Assembly: GCA_038213805.1 (NCBI GenBank)
Contig: JBBQSO010000019.1
Location: forward strand, 1,114-65,113
Source: Planctomycetota bacterium
Lineage (GTDB): Bacteria > Planctomycetota > UBA11346
Direction of reading: 5' to 3'
DNA length: 64,000 nucleotides
In this document: piece after piece, positions 59,649-64,000 of the stretch
Layout: every line of letters starts with the position of its first letter
How positions within the stretch are numbered: the first letter of the stretch is position 1
Notes under the pieces: model-generated
What the model saw: only the letters and a program-made list of their open reading frames with translations
Database searches by the model: none
What the model was told of the DNA's origin: nothing
Program-made: the position numbers and the translations under genes

Positions 59649-60563
59649 TCAGACCGGAGTGAGCCACCCGCGGTACGCCGGATTGCGGCCGTAGACCGCG
59701 TCCTCGTAGGCCTGCTGCAGGCGCGCGGTGAGCGGGCCGCGGTTGCCGTCGCCAATCACGCGCTTGTCGATTGAGCGCACGTAGGTGACCTGACAGCCGG
59801 TGCCGACCAGGAAGACCTCGTCGGCGACGTAGAGTTCGGTGCGCGCCACCGGGCGCTCGACCACCGCGATGCCGAGCTCCTTGGCGAGTTCGAAGATGCC
59901 GCGACGGGTGATGCCCTCAAGAATGTCGGCGGTGCGATCGGGCGTGTGCAGCGCGCCGTCGCGCAGCAGGAAGATGTTCTCGGCCGAACCCTCGCAGACC
60001 TGGCCACGGTCGTTGAGGAAGATCGCCTCGTCGTAGCCGTTGAGCAGCGCCTCGCTCTTGGCCAGGGCACTGTTGAGATAGCCGCCGGTGGCCTTGGTGC
60101 GGGTCGGGATGCTGTTGTCCGACAGCCGCCGCCACGACGACACGCACACGTTCAGGCCGCGCTCGCCGGTGAAGTAGCTGTCCAGCATCTGCAGGTAGCA
60201 CATGTAGCCGTCGGGCACGTTCGCCAGCACCGGGCCCAGGGTGGTGCCTTTCTTGTAGACCACCGGGCGCAGGTAGATGTTGCCTTTGGGCGCGTTGACG
60301 CGCACCGCCTCGGTGGCGATGGCGCACATCTCGTCAACGCTCGGCGCCTGCATCAGCAACAGGCCGGCATTGCGCGACAGGCGCTGGAAGTGCTCGCGCA
60401 GGAAGAGCAGGTTCACGCGCTGGCCATCCCAGTAGCCGCGGATGCCCTCGAAGCAGCCGGTGCCGTATTGCAGCGCGTGGGTATTGATCGGTACCACGCA
60501 CTCGCTCAGCGGTTTCCAGACGCCGTTGAGGTAGGCCAGGGTGTTGTTGGCTGAGTCGGTCAC
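59649..60563 (-). CDS. ilvE: Branched-chain amino acid aminotransferase
   Basis: GTG start at 'VTDSANNTLAYLNGVWKP'. 'GTGCFEGIRGY', 'NIYLRP', 'TRTKATGGYLNSALAK', and the catalytic Lys in the fold-type IV context. 304 aa. Confidence 0.85.
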   Translation of the reverse strand: MTDSANNTLAYLNGVWKPLSECVVPINTHALQYGTGCFEGIRGYWDGQRVNLLFLREHFQRLSRNAGLLLMQAPSVDEMCAIATEAVRVNAPKGNIYLRPVVYKKGTTLGPVLANVPDGYMCYLQMLDSYFTGERGLNVCVSSWRRLSDNSIPTRTKATGGYLNSALAKSEALLNGYDEAIFLNDRGQVCEGSAENIFLLRDGALHTPDRTADILEGITRRGIFELAKELGIAVVERPVARTELYVADEVFLVGTGCQVTYVRSIDKRVIGDGNRGPLTARLQQAYEDAVYGRNPAYRGWLTPV

Positions 60564-60811
60564 GCGCGGTCCCTTCGCCGCCGGCACGGCGCTGCTGGCG
60601 CCCGGACCGGGGGAGGCGGACTCTAGCGGGGGAGAGGCGGAGGGGAAGGCAGGAGGGCACCACGGGGTGAGGGCAGAAGAACCCGGAGGACAAGGACATG
60701 GGTGCGCCCGTTTCCTTGCAGACAGCGGCAGTCCCAAGCCCGGCGGTGCATCCGCGATCGTCGTGCCCCAACCTTCCCCCCTTCGCCATCCTGCCTTTCC
60801 CTCATCACGCA

Positions 60812-60839
60812 TTGACGTGCCCCCGAAAGCGGTTACATG
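60812..60839 (+). promoter_or_regulatory. Candidate sigma-70 promoter (TTGACG - 15/16 nt - TTACAT)
   Basis: Lies in the divergent intergenic region between ilvE and the small RpoZ-like gene. Motif match only. Confidence 0.3.
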
Positions 60840-60875
60840 AGGGCCCGCTTTTTGCGCAACCCTCAGGACACCGGC

Positions 60876-61082
60876 ATGACACTGGCCAACACCCAATACG
60901 CCGAAGCCATCGCCAAGGTCGGCGGCTACTACAATTTTGTCACCATGATCAACCGCCGCATGAAGGAGCTCAACAACGGCCAGCCGCCGATGGTCGCTCC
61001 GCCCGCGAATGAGAAGAACTGGGACAAGATCGACCTCATCGTCAAGGAAATCGAAGCCGGCTACCTGACCCTCAAGGTCTAA
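60876..61082 (+). CDS. Small protein, possibly RNA polymerase omega subunit-like
   Basis: 68 aa from the internal Met. 'GGYYNFVTMINRRMKELNNGQPPMV' resembles the 'GGRFKL..LIQKRM.ELN.GA.PLV' core of RpoZ in some phyla. The assignment is tentative. Confidence 0.35.
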   Translation: MTLANTQYAEAIAKVGGYYNFVTMINRRMKELNNGQPPMVAPPANEKNWDKIDLIVKEIEAGYLTLKV

Positions 61083-61119
61083 GCCAACCTGAGCAGGATC
61101 GGTTTCGACCCCTGTCCGC

Positions 61120-61147
61120 TTGACCTGCGCCGGCAAGCGCCTATCTT
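61120..61147 (+). promoter_or_regulatory. Candidate sigma-70 promoter (TTGACC - 16 nt - TATCTT) upstream of rplM
   Basis: Direct reading. About 50 nt upstream of the rplM start. Confidence 0.35.
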
Positions 61148-61198
61148 TCCGGCCTTTCCAAATTCCGCCGACCGCCCCGCACCCCCGCTGAGATCTCC

Positions 61199-61624
61199 AT
61201 GCAGACCACGTTCGTCAAGTCCGAAGAAGTCGCCCGCGCCTGGCACCTCGCCAGCGCCAAGGGCAAGATCCTCGGCCCCCTCGCCACCCGCATCGCGGTG
61301 GCGCTGATGGGCAAGCTCAAGCCCAACTGGACCCCGCAGACCGATGCCGGCGACTACGTCGTCGTCACCGACGTCGAGGGCCTGGAATTCACCGGCAAGA
61401 AGCTCGAGAAGAAGCTCTACCGCTTCCACAGCGGCTTCATCGGCGGCATCAAGGAGATCCCGCTCGGCGTCATGCACCAGTCGAAGCCCGAGGACGTCAT
61501 CTATCTCGCGGTGAAGCGCATGCTGCCCAAGACCATCCAGGGTCGCCACCAGCTCAAGCGCCTCAAGATCTACAAGGGCTCGGCCCACCCGCACATCGGT
61601 CAGGGCCCCAAGCCGCTGCCCTGA
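61199..61624 (+). CDS. rplM: 50S ribosomal protein L13
   Basis: 'WHLASAKGKILGPLATRIAVALMGKLKPNWTPQTDAGDYVVV...GGIKEI...LAVKRMLPK' is a clear uL13 match. Confidence 0.9.
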   Translation: MQTTFVKSEEVARAWHLASAKGKILGPLATRIAVALMGKLKPNWTPQTDAGDYVVVTDVEGLEFTGKKLEKKLYRFHSGFIGGIKEIPLGVMHQSKPEDVIYLAVKRMLPKTIQGRHQLKRLKIYKGSAHPHIGQGPKPLP

Positions 61625-62052
61625 ACCTGCGGTCGGTACGACGCACGATGCACCCCGGCGGAGACGCCGGGGTGTTCGCGTTTCCAGGCATGCACGGAAG
61701 ATGGTGCTGCTGTGCCTTGCCCGCGAGTGGAGGCCGGGTCCCGCGGCGGGCGCCAACGCCAACGCCAGAGCGGGGCGGCGCGGGACGGGGCGGCACCGCA
61801 TCGGGGACATCGACCGGGCTGCGGCCGACTGATAGGGGATTTCCTGAGGCGGGTACTGGGGCCGATCGACGCGCTGGTGAGGCACGCCTGGTTCGGCTCC
61901 GCGAGGCAGAGCCGACTTTCCCAAGGCTCAGCTTGCCGCGGCCGGCGCTACCATCCCAAATACCAACCCCCTCTTCACATGCTCTTCACGATGCCCATGA
62001 GGATCCCGCCCCATTACCCAGGGAATCTTCCCTTACCCCCAAGGAGATCATC

Positions 62053-63345
62053 GTGAAGCACCCCGTCAAAACCCTTTCGATCCTGGCCCTCATGGGCGCC
62101 GCGATCCCGGCCGTCCATGCCGTCTCGGTCAAGGACGAGGCGGAGGGCTTGAGCGTCTCCCTGAAGCTGAACGTCCAGGCCCGCGTCTCGCTGTACAACA
62201 AGGCGGAGAACGCCACCGGCGATAACTTCGACCCGATCCGCGGTCAGAATGGTCGCGCCGAGGAGGCGCGCTTCGATGAGCGCCGCGTGCGCTTCGGCAC
62301 CAGCTTCAAGTACGGCGACAACTGGGCCGGCCAGATGATCATCCGCTCCGACAACCAGGATCGCGTCGCAGGCTTCGCCAAGGACAATGAGAGCACCCAG
62401 AACCGCAACCTGCAGCTCTATTACGCCTACATCCAGCGCATCGACAAGATCGGCGACGGCGTCACCGGAACCATCTCGATGGGTCTGCAGAAGGCGTTCC
62501 ACTCTGAATCGGCGACCAGTTCGTCGACGTTCCTCTTCCCCAGCGACTCGATTTGCAAGCAGCTGGCCGACGGCGGCCAGGCACGCAACCCCGGCCTCGG
62601 CTACTTGGTCAGCGCACCTTTCATGAATGTCGGCGTGGACTTGCAGAACAATTCGACCGGCGTCAAGGATGCCGACGCGCAGTCGCGTAAGAACGGCATG
62701 TTCTACTCGGGCCGCATTGAGCTCGCGCCCGGCGCCGACTGGATGATCGCCAAGCGCACCGAGTCGTTCGCGGGCAAGGAAGGCCAGGGCCTGGTACTGG
62801 GCTTCGATTATCAGGTCGACGAAGGCATCATCAACGGCGGGAACACGGCCGCCGCTTCCAATGGTGCGATCACCGACACGGCGAACGGCGCCTACAACTA
62901 CGTGACCAACACGCAGTTCGGTCCGGATCTGCTGTTCCATTGGAACCAGATCACCGCGGTGGCCGAATTCCGTTCCAAGTCGGCGAAGACCCAGGCCAAC
63001 AACACCCAGGCCGTGACCGGCACCAACACCGTCAAGGGCCAGTTCTGGGATGTCCAGGTCGCCTACGCCATCCCGGTGTCCGGCGTCTTCATCGAGCCCG
63101 CCATCCGCTATTCCAAGATCGACAACGTGAAGAGCTCGACGGTCGCTGGCGCGGTCACCAGCGAGAAGTCGACCTACGGCGGCGGCGCCGACAACGGTGG
63201 CTCTGGCAACCAGTGGGATATCGGCGTGAACTGCTACTGGAATGGCCACGCCATCAAGACCCAGCTCGCCTACCAGCACTGGACCGCCGAGGATGGCAGC
63301 GGCAAGGCCGACATCATCCGCCTCCAGCAGCAGATCAACTTCTGA
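62053..63345 (+). CDS. Outer-membrane beta-barrel protein (porin-like), C-terminal Phe
   Basis: GTG start with SD AAGGAGA 7 nt upstream. Signal peptide 'KTLSILALMGAAIPAVHA'. Alternating amphipathic beta-strands. Terminal '...QQQINF', the OMP C-terminal signature. Confidence 0.5.
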   Translation: MKHPVKTLSILALMGAAIPAVHAVSVKDEAEGLSVSLKLNVQARVSLYNKAENATGDNFDPIRGQNGRAEEARFDERRVRFGTSFKYGDNWAGQMIIRSDNQDRVAGFAKDNESTQNRNLQLYYAYIQRIDKIGDGVTGTISMGLQKAFHSESATSSSTFLFPSDSICKQLADGGQARNPGLGYLVSAPFMNVGVDLQNNSTGVKDADAQSRKNGMFYSGRIELAPGADWMIAKRTESFAGKEGQGLVLGFDYQVDEGIINGGNTAAASNGAITDTANGAYNYVTNTQFGPDLLFHWNQITAVAEFRSKSAKTQANNTQAVTGTNTVKGQFWDVQVAYAIPVSGVFIEPAIRYSKIDNVKSSTVAGAVTSEKSTYGGGADNGGSGNQWDIGVNCYWNGHAIKTQLAYQHWTAEDGSGKADIIRLQQQINF

Positions 63346-63522
63346 GCAAGACCACTTGAAAGCGCGTATCCGGACCGCCGGGACGCCAGAGACCCTCGCA
63401 GCAATGCGGGGGTCAAACGTTTGACGACGCACGGCATGGCGAACCATGCCGTGCGTCGTTGTTCTTAGCCTGAGTTGGAGTTCCGCCTGCGCGGCCGCGC
63501 CTGCAGGCCGCGGTTGGCCGCT

Positions 63523-63567
63523 GGAAACGAAAAAGCCTACCGCATCGCGGTAGGCTTTTTCGTTTCC
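63523..63567. terminator. Bidirectional rho-independent terminator
   Basis: Perfect palindrome ggaaacgaaaaaGCCTACCGCatcGCGGTAGGCtttttcgtttcc. The GC stem is flanked by an A-tract and a T-tract, and it sits between convergent genes. Confidence 0.8.
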
Positions 63568-63598
63568 AGCGTCTTGGCGCGCTGGTGCGCGCTGGATG

Positions 63599-64000
63599 CT
63601 ATTTCTTCTCGGCAGTCGCCGCAGCATCCGCTGCCGGGGCCGCAGCGGCGGCGGGCGCGGCCACCTTGGGCCAGCGCTCCTGGAAGTGGCTGACCAGGCG
63701 CGGCGTCATCTGCGGCACATCCTTGTCGACCTGCACGATGGTGGTCTCGCGGTGCGGTCCGAGGCCGATGTAAGTTTTGAACTTGGTAATGTCGACCTCG
63801 TTGGTCTTCACGAACTTGTCGTGGCTGGCGACGGTGCCAAAGACGTAAACGCGGCCTTCCTTCACCTCTTCGGCATAGAACGGCGAGAAGGCCCCGCTCT
63901 CGGAATAGGAGCCGAGCTTGCCGTATTCGCCGCCGGCTTGGCGCGGTGCGTCGGAACAGGCGGTGGCGAACAGCGCGAAGGCGGCAAAGGACGCGAAACG
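63599..64000 (-). CDS. Lipoprotein of unknown function (5' end lies beyond the window)
   Basis: The reading frame continues to the window edge: '...AAFALFATACSDAPRQAGGEYGKLGSYSESGAFSPFYAEEVKEGRVYVFG...'. There is a lipobox 'LFATAC' near the N-terminus and an Ala-rich KK tail at the C-terminus. Confidence 0.4.
   Translation of the reverse strand, partial: RFASFAAFALFATACSDAPRQAGGEYGKLGSYSESGAFSPFYAEEVKEGRVYVFGTVASHDKFVKTNEVDITKFKTYIGLGPHRETTIVQVDKDVPQMTPRLVSHFQERWPKVAAPAAAAAPAADAAATAEKK

Overview
This 64-kb window is about 70% GC and looks like chromosome from a Gram-negative bacterium. lpxK, an outer-membrane porin and lipobox lipoproteins are present. The sigma/FHA/Ser-Thr-kinase signalling genes, a long-form IspG and an RpoZ-like motif faintly suggest a PVC/Planctomycetota- or Myxococcota-like organism, but that is only a guess.

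Gene content, in order along the window:
- An opp/dpp-type ABC peptide transporter (A, B, C, D). It is interrupted between the C and D genes by a small low-GC (about 52%) four-helix-bundle gene of the '23S rRNA IVS / DGR Avd-like' type. That gene is bounded by inverted (GATGGCT)n / (AGCCATC)n heptamer arrays.
- A four-gene operon whose genes are joined by ATGA / ATGA / GTGA start-stop overlaps. It encodes an ECF sigma factor, a 1280-aa anti-sigma with a C-terminal von Willebrand A domain and intact MIDAS, and two giant exported proteins (1141 aa and 2153 aa) with membrane anchors and no recognisable domains. This is the best candidate for an undescribed system.
- An NHL-repeat lipoprotein.
- An ileX-like tRNA(CAU), followed by poorly conserved secreted ORFs and a striking AT-rich islet.
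- A minus-strand block with a LysM lipoprotein, an orphan CheY-like receiver, a DUF45 metallohydrolase, YggS and a HEAT-repeat protein.
- Housekeeping and envelope genes: clpP-clpX, a dehydroquinate-synthase-family cyclase, an FHA-Ser/Thr kinase, thrC, a TonB-like protein, a degenerate site-2-protease homologue, long-form ispG, a double thioredoxin-like protein and leuCD.
- An FHA-GHKL fusion protein and tRNA-Leu(UAG).
- A 1.36-kaa Pls/PosA-type single-module NRPS (A-T, then three transmembrane-flanked condensation-like domains). This is a homopoly(amino acid) synthetase candidate.
- A DksA-like protein with a Lys/Ala-rich tail, then lpxK, pyrF, ilvE, an RpoZ-like small protein, rplM, an outer-membrane beta-barrel and a partial lipoprotein.

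Repeats:
- The heptamer-array element occurs three times, each time at an exact gene boundary. The forward array contains TGA and ATG in every frame.
- Two related families of composite palindromic REP/MITE-like elements sit at gene 3' ends, at least five copies in total. One family has a TCCGGAAGTCCGG core and the other a CAGCCGGATAGAACAAGAGG core. Some copies are read through as terminal codons of neighbouring genes.

No CRISPR array, transposase or integrase is present. The many long antisense ORFs in the track are high-GC artefacts.
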